IMG/VR virus record: IMGVR_UViG_3300021138_000002
Coordinates: 64,001-128,000 of that record
DNA: 64,000 nt
Source of the DNA: a virus
Reading direction: 5' to 3' (one strand)
The notes under the pieces are model-generated. The model had not been told where the DNA came from. It saw nothing but the letters and a program-made list of their open reading frames with translations, and did no database searches. Numbering within the stretch: the first letter of the stretch is position 1; every line of letters starts with the position of its first letter. Positions 37,744 through 48,500 of the stretch are shown piece by piece. A program made the translations under genes and the position numbers.

Positions 37744-39117
37744 TTATCGTCCTGGTGGTCTTGGGTTTGGTGGTAAATTACCGCCTTGATCCCCATTGTC
37801 GGCCAAGGGTTTGAGTATTTGGCTGAGACTTTGACGACTCGGTATGTTACCCATATCGGTGGTCGGTACAGTGTATGTATTGTTTACGAAGCTGTTGCGT
37901 TGAGTTTGTGCAGCCGGTGCCAGGTCAAGGTCGGTGCGAACAGCATCTTCGATTGCTATCCATCTGGCACCATCGTAACGGAACAGCCTGTTGGGCACAT
38001 AATCTAGGCGTAATGCGTAGGTTCCGGCAACCGGGTTGGGTGGAAAACTCACACCAGGCACAACTGGCAAGCCGTTTGGCGGTAACAGGTATCCGGTTTC
38101 AGGATCATATCCACCGGTCAAATAACCCAGTGTGTAACCAAATCCAGTTGGGGTGTCGCCCACGCCAGTCTGTGTGCCGCTGACCAAACTGCCATCATCA
38201 CTGGCCAACAGTCCATCTCCACTGGGCCCGCCCAGTTGATTGGTCGGCAATATATAAAATTTTGTAGTGTCGTATCCACTAAACGGCACATCTGCCTGCG
38301 CCTGTGTCAATAATGCATCATTGATCTGTAAGTCTTTGGGACGAGTGCTCATACGATCGCCTACTGTGGCCGGATTGTCAACGGGAGTCCAGTAGGCGGT
38401 ATCGGTTATGGGCGTGCCCGGTGGTACCGGTCCATTGGCTTGATAATAGGTGTTGCCATCTAACACAGTGGTTCCTCCTGGATAAAAATTTCCTGGATCC
38501 CAGATGTTGTCGGGCATGAAAGGTTTGTTCACGATCTGTTGAAACTCTTGGGCATTGACCATTGGTGTGGCCTTCACACGCCACAGGTGCGGCAACCAGG
38601 TTTGGCTGAATCCTTCTGATGCATAGTCGGCATCTTGTATCACATAATACTTGGGCAACGGTAATGGTATAGTGGGATCCAGCGGATAGTAATCTTTGAG
38701 ATTGGGCAATTCCAACACATCACCTGACATCAGTTTACGACCAAAAGTGTCAATCATTTTATTGTAGGCAAATGTAATAAACAAAGTATCATTGGCTAGG
38801 AATAGGCCAAATTGTGTAAGGTCAAAATCAAGGTCTTGCTGGCGATAAACACCACGCATAATGTACACATCGGGATCATATGCTCTATCTCTATTTTCTA
38901 ACAACAGTAAGTCTTCGATATACAACGGATTACTACTATCGTAGACTGGCAATGTGGCATCATTGTTGCCAGGATTCGGTGAATTATCCACAATTGGACC
39001 AAGATATTTATGTATCAGTACATCAACACCTCCTACGGTGTACATCTCAGTTATTGTACGATCAAAAAATTGATAATCTTTTGTCCGATTTGGACGATAC
39101 ATGGAAAGTCTTGGCAT
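37744..39117 (-). CDS. neck / head closure protein (T4 gp14-like)
   Basis: E...VGGVDV..HKY, DL.QFGLFL.ND..FITF and GDVLELP; adjacent to the gp15-like gene. Confidence 0.65.
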   Translation of the reverse strand: MPRLSMYRPNRTKDYQFFDRTITEMYTVGGVDVLIHKYLGPIVDNSPNPGNNDATLPVYDSSNPLYIEDLLLLENRDRAYDPDVYIMRGVYRQQDLDFDLTQFGLFLANDTLFITFAYNKMIDTFGRKLMSGDVLELPNLKDYYPLDPTIPLPLPKYYVIQDADYASEGFSQTWLPHLWRVKATPMVNAQEFQQIVNKPFMPDNIWDPGNFYPGGTTVLDGNTYYQANGPVPPGTPITDTAYWTPVDNPATVGDRMSTRPKDLQINDALLTQAQADVPFSGYDTTKFYILPTNQLGGPSGDGLLASDDGSLVSGTQTGVGDTPTGFGYTLGYLTGGYDPETGYLLPPNGLPVVPGVSFPPNPVAGTYALRLDYVPNRLFRYDGARWIAIEDAVRTDLDLAPAAQTQRNSFVNNTYTVPTTDMGNIPSRQSLSQILKPLADNGDQGGNLPPNPRPPGR

Positions 39118-39123
39118 AATATA

Positions 39124-39699
39124 CTATTTAGCGGATTTTATTGTCTTGCAGTTATCCCCGTGCCATCGTTTATAATTAGTACCACCCTTACCGGTATGAT
39201 TACAATTTGGGCACACCCATTTTACAAGAGATGTATGTGTGCCACGATTTATTGAATCTTGTGCTAATGTGTTGCCCAATAAATGATGTGTTCCTGCTTC
39301 TCTGCGACGTTTGTTGCTTTCTCTTTGTATAGCACCACCTAACATATGATGCGTGCCTTCTTGCAAACGTTTAAGCTGAACATTTCTTTGAAATCCTTCT
39401 CTTAAAAATGGATGATCGCCCCTGGCTAATCTAGCTTGAGAGTGCTTACTTGCTAATTCTGATTTTTCTTGAGGAGATATACCCATACGTTTTGACATTA
39501 TTAAACACGCACCATAATCACCTTGAGAATAGTGTATGGCGTAATGTTCTTCTATGGTTACTAGTTTAAGATTGCTAATATCGTTATTTTCGTGATTGCC
39601 ATCTATATGATGAACTTCGTAACTACGGTTGTTAGCATCTTTGGGAATCTCACCAAAATATTTTTTGTATATAGCTCGTGGGTATATTCTTTTACGCAT
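39124..39699 (-). CDS. HNH homing endonuclease
   Basis: YEVHHIDGNHENNDISNL...EHYAIH; GTHH repeats; CPNC...WHGDNC; AT-rich relative to neighbours. Confidence 0.85.
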   Translation of the reverse strand: MRKRIYPRAIYKKYFGEIPKDANNRSYEVHHIDGNHENNDISNLKLVTIEEHYAIHYSQGDYGACLIMSKRMGISPQEKSELASKHSQARLARGDHPFLREGFQRNVQLKRLQEGTHHMLGGAIQRESNKRRREAGTHHLLGNTLAQDSINRGTHTSLVKWVCPNCNHTGKGGTNYKRWHGDNCKTIKSAK

Positions 39700-39737
39700 A
39701 AGAGTATTTATAATAATATGATTGATATAGTAAAAGT

Positions 39738-39766
39738 TTGACCAAAAATCCAAAACAGGATAAAAT
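39738..39766 (+). promoter_or_regulatory. sigma70-type promoter
   Basis: TTGACC-17 nt-TAAAAT. Confidence 0.65.
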
Positions 39767-39771
39767 ACTAT

Positions 39772-40026
39772 ATGGACAAATTACTAGAACGAGTAGAACA
39801 GGCTGAACGTCAAATCGCCGCTGTACGCAATCGGACAGCACGCAGAGATCTGATCAAAATGCTCAAACCCATAGATTCTGCTTTGAACCGAATGAGCCAA
39901 GAAAGTGTAGAATGCCGTAGACTACATCGAGCCACAGCACGTTATCAGCAGTTGGAGCAAGAAGCCCAGGATTTGATAAATCATCTGGAAAAATACCTGG
40001 TGTTTGCCTGTTTGTTGGGCGGTTGA
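39772..40026 (+). CDS. hypothetical helical protein
   Basis: 84-aa ORF directly after the sigma70-type promoter. Confidence 0.6.
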   Translation: MDKLLERVEQAERQIAAVRNRTARRDLIKMLKPIDSALNRMSQESVECRRLHRATARYQQLEQEAQDLINHLEKYLVFACLLGG

Positions 40027-40051
40027 CCAAAAACGGCAATGGCGCTATAAT
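40023..40051 (+). promoter_or_regulatory. sigma70-type promoter
   Basis: TTGACC-17 nt-TATAAT. Confidence 0.75.
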
Positions 40052-40078
40052 AAACAACAAAATACTCAAGGACAAAGC

Positions 40079-41230
40079 ATGGTCAAAACTAAAAAAACCG
40101 CCTCAGAAATCAAATCGTTAAATCCCAAAAGTGCCGATGTAAAATATACCGGAACTGAACCTGCCTGGCGATTGGTCTTGACTGACGGTGATCGCGTCAG
40201 TGCCATGCTCAAGGCCTTTGCTTGGTACAACTATCACTATGGTAAAAAAGAAGCCAAGGACATGATAGCACACTGGCTCGAGCATCACGATCGTGCTCGA
40301 GATGCCAAACTGTTGAGAGGTATTCCTGACAGCCAGATCCGCAGTACCACGGCCTGGGTATGTAGGATGAACATGGTTGGGTTAGAATTGAGTGAACACG
40401 AGCTGAGTGTTGTTGACTCACAAATTGCCGACATGTTGAAAATCAAACAGGAAGTGGTCAAGACTGTGAGTGCGGAAGAAACTGCACAGGCTCGCATGAC
40501 CATACAAGATCATTTACGAGAGCGTATAAGTGAATGTGCCGGCGAACTAGAAGGCATGCTTGATGAGTTTTTGAATCAAGGTGCCAAGATGTCAGCTGAC
40601 TTCAAGCCCATAGCACAGATACGCGGCATGAATGTGGCTCCGCAAATGATAGGTACCATTGCTGATTCTTGGAAACAACGTCTGGCCGAATTTGAAGAAA
40701 CCCTAGAAGGTCGTGACGGAGATCTAGTTGAAGCATACGGACATTTGACCAAATTGCAGTTGCGTAACTGCATAAAATTCTGCGAAACTGTGATCAACGA
40801 CTGTGCCAGTTATGTACAGATCAAAAAGGTCGAACGCAAACCCCGGGCTAAAAAAGCTGTGAGCCCAGAAAAATTATCCAGTCGATTCAAGTATCTCAAA
40901 CAGTTTGATGAATTGGCGTTGACATCAATCAGTCCGGCCACGTTGGTCAATGCCAGTGAAGCTTGGCTGTACGATACCAAAAAACGCAAACTGATCCACG
41001 TGGTAGCCGACACTCATGTGGGCACGTTCACTGTGAAAGGAAGCAGCATCGTGGCCTTTGATGCGGCCAACAGCTCACAGAAAACCCTGCGTCGACCGGC
41101 CGAGCAGATCAAGTCCATAACTTCGGTTGGCAAACCAGCGGCTCGCAAAGTGTACAAAGATATCAAGAGCACCGAAATCAAATTCAACGGACGTGGCAAC
41201 GAAAACTTGATCATACTACGAGCCTGGTAA
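40079..41230 (+). CDS. conserved hypothetical phage protein (basic, possibly nucleic-acid binding)
   Basis: AAGGA SD before ATG 40079; WYNY, YDTKKRKL, S.QKTLR.P and NGR.NE..I.L. Confidence 0.65.
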   Translation: MVKTKKTASEIKSLNPKSADVKYTGTEPAWRLVLTDGDRVSAMLKAFAWYNYHYGKKEAKDMIAHWLEHHDRARDAKLLRGIPDSQIRSTTAWVCRMNMVGLELSEHELSVVDSQIADMLKIKQEVVKTVSAEETAQARMTIQDHLRERISECAGELEGMLDEFLNQGAKMSADFKPIAQIRGMNVAPQMIGTIADSWKQRLAEFEETLEGRDGDLVEAYGHLTKLQLRNCIKFCETVINDCASYVQIKKVERKPRAKKAVSPEKLSSRFKYLKQFDELALTSISPATLVNASEAWLYDTKKRKLIHVVADTHVGTFTVKGSSIVAFDAANSSQKTLRRPAEQIKSITSVGKPAARKVYKDIKSTEIKFNGRGNENLIILRAW

Positions 41231-41237
41231 ATATCCA

Positions 41238-42152
41238 GTGACCGACAATCGAATTATAATCCCCAAAGTTGAATTTTATATAACCAATGTTTGTAATCTG
41301 ACCTGTCATAATTGTAATCGTTACAACAATTATGATTTCCGTGGATGGCAACGCTGGAGTGACTATGAAGAAATTTATACCGAATGGGCCAAAAAGATAA
41401 ACATCAAACACATTGTGATCCTGGGCGGAGAACCATTGTTAAATCCCACAATTTGTGAGTGGATTGATGGGATTACCCAATTGTGGGGCCACTCGTGTCA
41501 AATAATAACCAATGGTACATATCTTAACAAAACACCTGGGTTGTACGATCTAGTTAAAAGACACAAGGCCTGGATACAGGTCAGCATACACAATGTCAAC
41601 GATCTAGATCGACATTTTCAAAATATTCGAGAGTTTCTTCAAGAGCCAATTGATTTTTTTCAAGACAAAACACAACTAGATGCGCACGGACACTCGGTTA
41701 CCAACGGATCTGATTATTTGTTTAAAGATCGTAACGGTGCCCAGGTGGCTGCATCTGTACAAGATTCTTTCTATAACATATCCATCTACCCCAACGAACG
41801 CAATCAGCTGACCTTGCACAACAACGATCCTGAACTGGCACATCAAGATTGTGGATTTGTAAAATATAAAAACTATCATTTCATTCGCGGCAAGTTGTAC
41901 AAATGCGGACCAGTGGCATTGTTGCCCGAATTTGATCTGCAATATCCATTGGCCATTTCAGACGCAGATCGACAGCTCTTAAACAGTTATCAACCCTTGG
42001 GCATTGATGAGTTTGAACAACATGGACGAGATTTTTTAAATAACATAGATCGTGTGATACCGCAGTGTAAATTCTGTCCTACCAAATTTGCCAACCAGCA
42101 AATTTTTGCCTTGAACAAAGCCGCAGGGGCCCACAGCTCCTTCAAGAATTAA
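41238..42152 (+). CDS. radical SAM protein
   Basis: CNLTCHNC, LGGEPLLNP, TNG, and C-terminal C...GKLYKC...CKFCP. Confidence 0.9.
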   Translation: MTDNRIIIPKVEFYITNVCNLTCHNCNRYNNYDFRGWQRWSDYEEIYTEWAKKINIKHIVILGGEPLLNPTICEWIDGITQLWGHSCQIITNGTYLNKTPGLYDLVKRHKAWIQVSIHNVNDLDRHFQNIREFLQEPIDFFQDKTQLDAHGHSVTNGSDYLFKDRNGAQVAASVQDSFYNISIYPNERNQLTLHNNDPELAHQDCGFVKYKNYHFIRGKLYKCGPVALLPEFDLQYPLAISDADRQLLNSYQPLGIDEFEQHGRDFLNNIDRVIPQCKFCPTKFANQQIFALNKAAGAHSSFKN

Positions 42153-42172
42153 ACGCCCGGTAAATATAGCAC

Positions 42173-43141
42173 ATGATTGATCCTTTAGTCCAGTGGCCCG
42201 ACGAATCACCCGATGACCCACGATTATACGTTCCAAACATCGAAGTTTACATAACAAATGTTTGTAATATAGCCTGTAAAAATTGCAATCGATTTAACAA
42301 TTACAATTTTAAAGGTCAACAACTATGGAACGACTACCGAGACATTTACACAGCATGGTCTAAAAAAATCCGACTACAGAAAATCACCATCTTGGGCGGC
42401 GAACCGTTGATGAATCCCACAGTGGTAGATTGGATAAGAGGATTCAATCAGCTGTGGGACAAACGTGTGCAACTGCTGACCAACGGCACACGGTTAACCG
42501 TGGTACCAGGATTGTACGAAGTCATGCAGGAATATCGTCGAGATGGTGGTAACTGGATAGGTGTGAGCGTACACAACCCACTGGAACTGGATCGTTACTT
42601 TGAAGAGATACATAAATTTTTAAAAGGTCCTGTCAAAATGTGGAAAGGCAAAGACAGCCTGAATGAGTTTGGCGGCAGTGCCACCTGGGGAGCCGATTAT
42701 GCGTTTGAAGATCGTAACGGAGTACGTGTACATGTGTGGCTGTACGACAGTTTTTACAATGTGGGAATACATCAAAATTTGTCAGGAAACCTGACCTTGT
42801 GCAACAGCGATCCCGAACGGGCACATGACGTTTGTGGCATGGTCAAGTTCAAAAACTATCATTTTGTTCGCGGCAAATTGTACAAATGTGGACCGGTGGC
42901 ATTATTTCCTGAATTTGATCAACAACATGCCCTGGCTATTTCAGATGAGGATCGCCAGTTGCTGAACAGTTATCAACCGTTGTCGGTTGATGAATTTGAC
43001 CAAAGAGGACGAGATTTTTGGAACAATATCGATCGTGTAATACCGCAATGTAAGTTTTGCCCAACAAAATTCATAAATGAACCATTGTTTGCGACCAATA
43101 AAATAAAAGGTTCTACGACTGTATTTAAAATTACACAATAA
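42173..43141 (+). CDS. radical SAM protein (paralog of the preceding gene)
   Basis: CNIACKNC, LGGEPLMNP, TNG, GKLYKCGP and CKFCP. Confidence 0.9.
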   Translation: MIDPLVQWPDESPDDPRLYVPNIEVYITNVCNIACKNCNRFNNYNFKGQQLWNDYRDIYTAWSKKIRLQKITILGGEPLMNPTVVDWIRGFNQLWDKRVQLLTNGTRLTVVPGLYEVMQEYRRDGGNWIGVSVHNPLELDRYFEEIHKFLKGPVKMWKGKDSLNEFGGSATWGADYAFEDRNGVRVHVWLYDSFYNVGIHQNLSGNLTLCNSDPERAHDVCGMVKFKNYHFVRGKLYKCGPVALFPEFDQQHALAISDEDRQLLNSYQPLSVDEFDQRGRDFWNNIDRVIPQCKFCPTKFINEPLFATNKIKGSTTVFKITQ

Positions 43142-43162
43142 ATATACAACAGGAGCAATCAA

Positions 43163-43933
43163 ATGGCTATCCAATCAGAATCAAGTTTAGAAACACTGAA
43201 ACAAGACCTATTCAAATATGTGCAGTATCAGCTGGGCAGTCAGATCATTGATCTTGAACTGGATGCCGAGCACTATGAAGCAGCCTATAGAAACACAGTG
43301 GGAACCTATCGTCAGCGGGCACAAAACGCCTACGAAGAAAGTTACACTTTTATGGAACTGGTTACCAATGTCAACATCTATGAATTACCTCAAGAAGTGT
43401 ACAGTGTGCGTCAGATCTTCCGCAGAACGTTCGGCGACAGCACTGGCCCATTTGCCAGCAATTTTGACCCGTTTAGCCAAGCATCTCTGAACGTTTACTT
43501 GATGAATTTCAACGTGGCTGGTGGACTTGCTACCTACGATTTTTACAGCCAATATGTGGAATTGGCTGGACGCATGTTTGGTGCCTACATGAACTACACA
43601 TTCAATCCGGTTACCAAAAAACTACAGTTGATCCGTGACCCCAAAGGCACCGGCGAAGCTGTTCTACTTTGGACCTACAACTACAAGCCCGAATTCAACA
43701 TGCTGAGCGATCCTTTGATCAGTCAGTGGATGCGCAACTACATGGTAGGGAACTGCAAGCTCATAATCGGCGAAGCAAGAGAAAAATTCTCAACAATCGC
43801 CGGTCCACAGGGAGGTGGTACATTAAACGGCACAGCCATGAAAGCTGAAGGCCTGGCAATCATGCAACAGGGCATTGAAGACCTCAAGAACTATGTGGAT
43901 GGCAGCCAGCCGTTGGCATGGGTCATCGGCTAA
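43163..43933 (+). CDS. neck protein (T4 gp13-like)
   Basis: QLG..IIDLEL, K.IIGEAREKF..I.GP.GG.TLNG..MK.E; ends WVIG. Confidence 0.8.
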   Translation: MAIQSESSLETLKQDLFKYVQYQLGSQIIDLELDAEHYEAAYRNTVGTYRQRAQNAYEESYTFMELVTNVNIYELPQEVYSVRQIFRRTFGDSTGPFASNFDPFSQASLNVYLMNFNVAGGLATYDFYSQYVELAGRMFGAYMNYTFNPVTKKLQLIRDPKGTGEAVLLWTYNYKPEFNMLSDPLISQWMRNYMVGNCKLIIGEAREKFSTIAGPQGGGTLNGTAMKAEGLAIMQQGIEDLKNYVDGSQPLAWVIG

Positions 43934-43977
43934 CCTTTTTCCAACACTTTTTTCAAGTTTTCTGTTATACTAGCTGT

Positions 43978-44502
43978 ATGGCAGACTTAATGATCGATCT
44001 AGAAGGTTTGGGCACTGGTCCTGACACCACAATACTCACTATCGCAGCTCAGAGTTTTGATCCATTGGGGTCAGGCTATCACGAGTCAAAATACTATGCC
44101 AGAATAACTCTGGAAAGCCAGGAAAACCGTAGCATACAGCAAAGCACCATTGACTGGTGGGCCACCCAGCCTGCAACCGCCAGAGACGAAGCGTTCAATG
44201 AAGAAGGTCGTATACCGTTAGATCAAGCCTTGGATGAACTGGGTCGACTGATCTGGCACAGCAAACGAGTATGGGCCCAAGGTCCCACCTATGACATGAA
44301 TATACTAGAGCACGCCTACAAAAGTTACGGCAAACCCATACCATGGCAGTTTTATGCGGTACGTGATAGCAGAACAGTATTCAGCTTGTGGCCCGGTCTG
44401 CCAAAACCGCCCGTCAGTCACCATGCATTGGAAGATTGTCGCAGGCAGATCGCGTTACTACAAACCACTTTGAAACATTTTAACATAAGGGAATTGGCAT
44501 GA
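43978..44502 (+). CDS. DEDDh 3'-5' exonuclease (Rv2179c/DUF5051-like)
   Basis: LMIDLE.L, TIDWWATQ, VWAQG..YD, RD.RT and HHALED. Confidence 0.85.
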   Translation: MADLMIDLEGLGTGPDTTILTIAAQSFDPLGSGYHESKYYARITLESQENRSIQQSTIDWWATQPATARDEAFNEEGRIPLDQALDELGRLIWHSKRVWAQGPTYDMNILEHAYKSYGKPIPWQFYAVRDSRTVFSLWPGLPKPPVSHHALEDCRRQIALLQTTLKHFNIRELA

Positions 44503-45152
44503 TTATTGGCCTTGTTGGTTTAATAGGTTCTGGCAAAGACACCATTGCAGATTATCTGGTAAACATACACGAGTTTAAACGTGAAAGTTTTGCCAACACT
44601 CTCAAAGATGCTGTTGCCCATATATTTGGCTGGGATCGTGAACTGTTAGAAGGTCGTACCAAACAAAGTCGCGCCTGGAGAGAACAACGCGATCAATGGT
44701 GGAGCGACCGTCTAAAAATGGACATAACACCCAGGTGGGTCTTACAGTATTGGGGCACAGAAGTGGCCCGCCGCAACTTCCATGACGATATCTGGATTGC
44801 CAGTCTAGAAAACAAACTGCGTAAAATAACCGATGATGTGGTAATCAGTGACTGTAGATTTCCTAACGAAATCGCCGCTATCAAATCAGCCGGTGGACGA
44901 GTGATACGTGTTGTCCGCGGACCCGAACCCGAATGGTACGAATTTGCCCGAATGGTCAATCAAGGACCTGATCATAATTTACAGTGGAGTTGGGCCAAAA
45001 CCCAATTGTCAAAATTCACGATCCATGCCAGCGAAACTGCCTGGATTGGCACTGCTTTCGACGCCGTGGTTGAAAACAATTCCAGCCTTGATGCGTTATA
45101 TCAACAGATCACAAGTCTGGTTCAAGATCTCCCGCCCGCCACGGCAAGTTAG
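44499..45152 (+). CDS. deoxynucleoside monophosphate kinase (T4 gp1-like)
   Basis: GLIGSGKDT P-loop, SFA..LKD, R..LQ.WGTE, ISDCRFPNE and HASE. Confidence 0.9.
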   Translation: MIIGLVGLIGSGKDTIADYLVNIHEFKRESFANTLKDAVAHIFGWDRELLEGRTKQSRAWREQRDQWWSDRLKMDITPRWVLQYWGTEVARRNFHDDIWIASLENKLRKITDDVVISDCRFPNEIAAIKSAGGRVIRVVRGPEPEWYEFARMVNQGPDHNLQWSWAKTQLSKFTIHASETAWIGTAFDAVVENNSSLDALYQQITSLVQDLPPATAS

Positions 45153-45456
45153 ATCTGGCAACTTCGATCACGCAGTTTTGACATATGGTTCGTAGATTAC
45201 GAACTGCAACATTGTTCATGTCGCCGTCCATGTGATAGACCAACAACTGTGCCGAATACTTGGATCTAAACCCACAGCGTTCGCAGGTGGGTTTTTTCTT
45301 GTAGCCTTGTGTTTGCCATCTAGGGGCAGGAGCTTTTGCTCGTTGATTCTTTTTGATACAGTATTCGCAACGTGTGCGATAGTGTACCACCTGATCTCGA
45401 TGATAGTTTACAGCACAAAATCTCTGCTTGCATACGTTACATATAGGTCTGGACAT
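45109..45456 (-). CDS. Zn-finger / degenerate HNH-like protein
   Basis: Four CxxC pairs; VYHMDGDMNN...NLRTICQNC. Confidence 0.65.
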   Translation of the reverse strand: MSRPICNVCKQRFCAVNYHRDQVVHYRTRCEYCIKKNQRAKAPAPRWQTQGYKKKPTCERCGFRSKYSAQLLVYHMDGDMNNVAVRNLRTICQNCVIEVARSNLPWRAGDLEPDL

Positions 45457-45551
45457 GGTGTATTTACAACAAACCTTTGCAAAGGGAATACAACCACCTG
45501 TCTTTTTGTCTCCGGCCATAAATATCATTACTAGAAAAAAGGATTTTTGAT

Positions 45552-48500
45552 ATGGCCTTACTATCCCCAGGTGTACAAGTTAGCATAATTGATCAGAGCA
45601 ATTATGTACCAGCCGCTACCAATTCGGTTCCCTATATTTTATTGGCAACAGCTCAGAACAAAGTTTCTGGTGCCGGTGTTGGTGTAGCCTCAGGCACACT
45701 GGCTGCCAATGCAAACAAAACTTATTTGATGACAAGTCAACGAGACTTGCTCAATACTTTTGGTGTTCCGTTCTTTTACAACACCACAGCAGGAACTCCG
45801 ATCAACGGCTACGAGCTCAACGAATACGGACTGTTGGCAGCTTACAGTGCATTGGGCGTTACCAATCAATGCTATGTACAACGTGTTGATATCGATCTGG
45901 CGGCTCTTACAGCCAGCCTGACTAGACCAACTGGCAAACCAAACAACAATACCTATTGGTTGGATACCACCAACACTGCTTGGGGTATCTTTGAATGGAA
46001 TTCAACAACTGGTGCGTTTACCAACAAGATTCCTAGTGTTATTACCAGCACTGCCAATTTAGAAACTGGTAACACAGTTCCAACTTTTAGTTACGGTAGT
46101 ATCGGTGACTACACAGTGGTCGCTGCTGGAACTCAACCGGCCAATGTGGCTGGTGCTTTACAAAATCCTGAATACTACAAGCGTGGTGGTCCAACTGCCT
46201 CACAAACCAGTTCGGCAAATTTGAGTGGTCTATACAACAGCTGGGTATCGGTAGGTAGCGACGATTGGAAAACTGCATGGCCTACCATCAGTGGCACACA
46301 GGCTCCTGCAAATTTAACAGCTACCAACACTGTGGTAATCAACAACACACATACAATCACTGTTCCATCAAGCCCTAATAATACTCCGGCCAATGTGTCT
46401 ATTCAAATTAACTCGGCCAATATTACCGGTGTATATTCTGGCGTAATTGGTGGTGCATTGTTTGTTTATGCCGACAGTCAATCTGTTGGTTTTACTGGTA
46501 ATGTCACAGCCGGTACAGCCAATGTTTCTGCTGGTACAGCAACCTTGACATTTACCAATCTTGGTAACGCAGTTCCTACTCCGTATCCGGTTGGTAGCAC
46601 CATTACTGTTACAGGTACTGCAAGCAACAATTACGATGGTACCTATGATGTAGTTGCCAGCAGCAATACTTCGGTCACTTTTGATTTTGCCGGAGCCAAT
46701 ATTGCAACCAGTGGCGGTACAATCACCTGGCCCGACAGCGTCAGCATCAGCGGAACAGCATTGACCAGCCTGGGAATCACAGCCGGATCATACTCAACTC
46801 CACAATACTTGGCCAGCAACAGTTATCAAAATCCACGCTGGTCCAGCACCAGCGCCACAGCGGCACCAACCGGTTCTGTATGGCAAAAAACCAACAATGT
46901 GAATCTAGGTACTAACTTTGTTGTTAAAAAATACAACTCAACTCTGGGCGTATTTGTACAACAAAACTGTCCGGTCTACAGCGACGATGCTGCAGCCTTG
47001 TATGCACTCGACCCAGCTGGTGGTGGCACAAATATTGCAGCGGGTTCAACCTATGCTCAAATTGATGCCTACGGCAATGGAACTGGCACCTTTATGATCT
47101 GGGAAAGATACGCAACTGGACCGACCAACATCACTGGCTATGGAATAGCCAGTGATACATTCACCAGTGGCAATCAATTTACCATATCAGCAACACAGGC
47201 CGGTAGTACCGGAATCAACACTGCAACTGCCACACTTGAAGGCACTACACCTTCTGACTTCTGTGCCGCAGTATCAGCAGCCGGAGTTCCTTATGTGAGT
47301 GCTACCATAAACAGTTCAGGTTACATAGTATTCTCACACAGCCAAGGTGGCGACATTTATCTTACTCCGATCAGCGGTAGTCCAATCAGTGAAGCCGGTT
47401 TTGATCTTGGACACGGTATTGTTGGGTTAACAGCTCAAAACGTCACAGGCGAAACACTAGTGCTCAGTAACTGGGTAAGCTATCCAACATTTACCTACAC
47501 TGTGAGCAGTGTTGCCCCAGACCAAAATCCATTAAATGGCACTTACTGGTACTACAGCGATACCACACAGGTAGATATCATGATCCAGAACAATGGACAG
47601 TGGGTGGGTTATCAGACCGTCAACAGCGATTTCCGTGGTTACGATCTCAGCCAGACCAATGCCAGCGGGCCACAGATTTCGGTAACAGCACCGACTACAC
47701 AAAATGACACAGCACAAAGTCCATTGGTGTATGGCGACCTCTGGATTGACATCAGCAATCTTGATCTGTATCCAGTAATCAATCGTTGGGAAAGTGTCAC
47801 CGGACAAGATCAATGGGTACAAATTGACAACACCAATCAGACCACTTCGAGTGGGGTGTTGTTTGCAGATGCACGTTGGGCACCAAATGGAACCACAGAT
47901 CCTGTGGCCGATCCATTGCCAACAATCACCAGTTTGTTGACCAGCAACTATCTTGATCCAGACGCTCCAAATCCAGCTCTATATCCAGATGGTATTTTGT
48001 TATGGAACACTAGAAGAAGCGGATTCAATGTCAAGACATTTGAATCAAACTATTTCAATACTACCACATATCCGGCCTATGCCTGGAACGCTTACACAGC
48101 CTACAGCATTGGTAATCTTGTGATTGATGGTGGTATCGAATACATCTGTCTCAAGGCCAATACCGGTCAAGCCACAGGAACCAATGTTTATTGGACTCCG
48201 ATCACTGTGACCAATACCTGGTTGACAGCCAGCGGCAACAGACCAGATGGTAGTGCATACATGGGTCGTCAAGCACAGCGAGCTATTATTGTAAAAGCTC
48301 TCAAGAGTGGAATTGACAGCAATACAACCATCAGAGAAGAACAAAATCAGTTCAACTTATTGGCCTGCCCGCAATACCCAGAATTGGCACCTAACTTGGC
48401 AGTACTCAATACAGATCGTGGTCAGACTGGATTTGTAGTAGTTGATACTCCGCTAAGATTAACACCAGATGACATCGTGACCTGGGCTGGTAATAACAAC

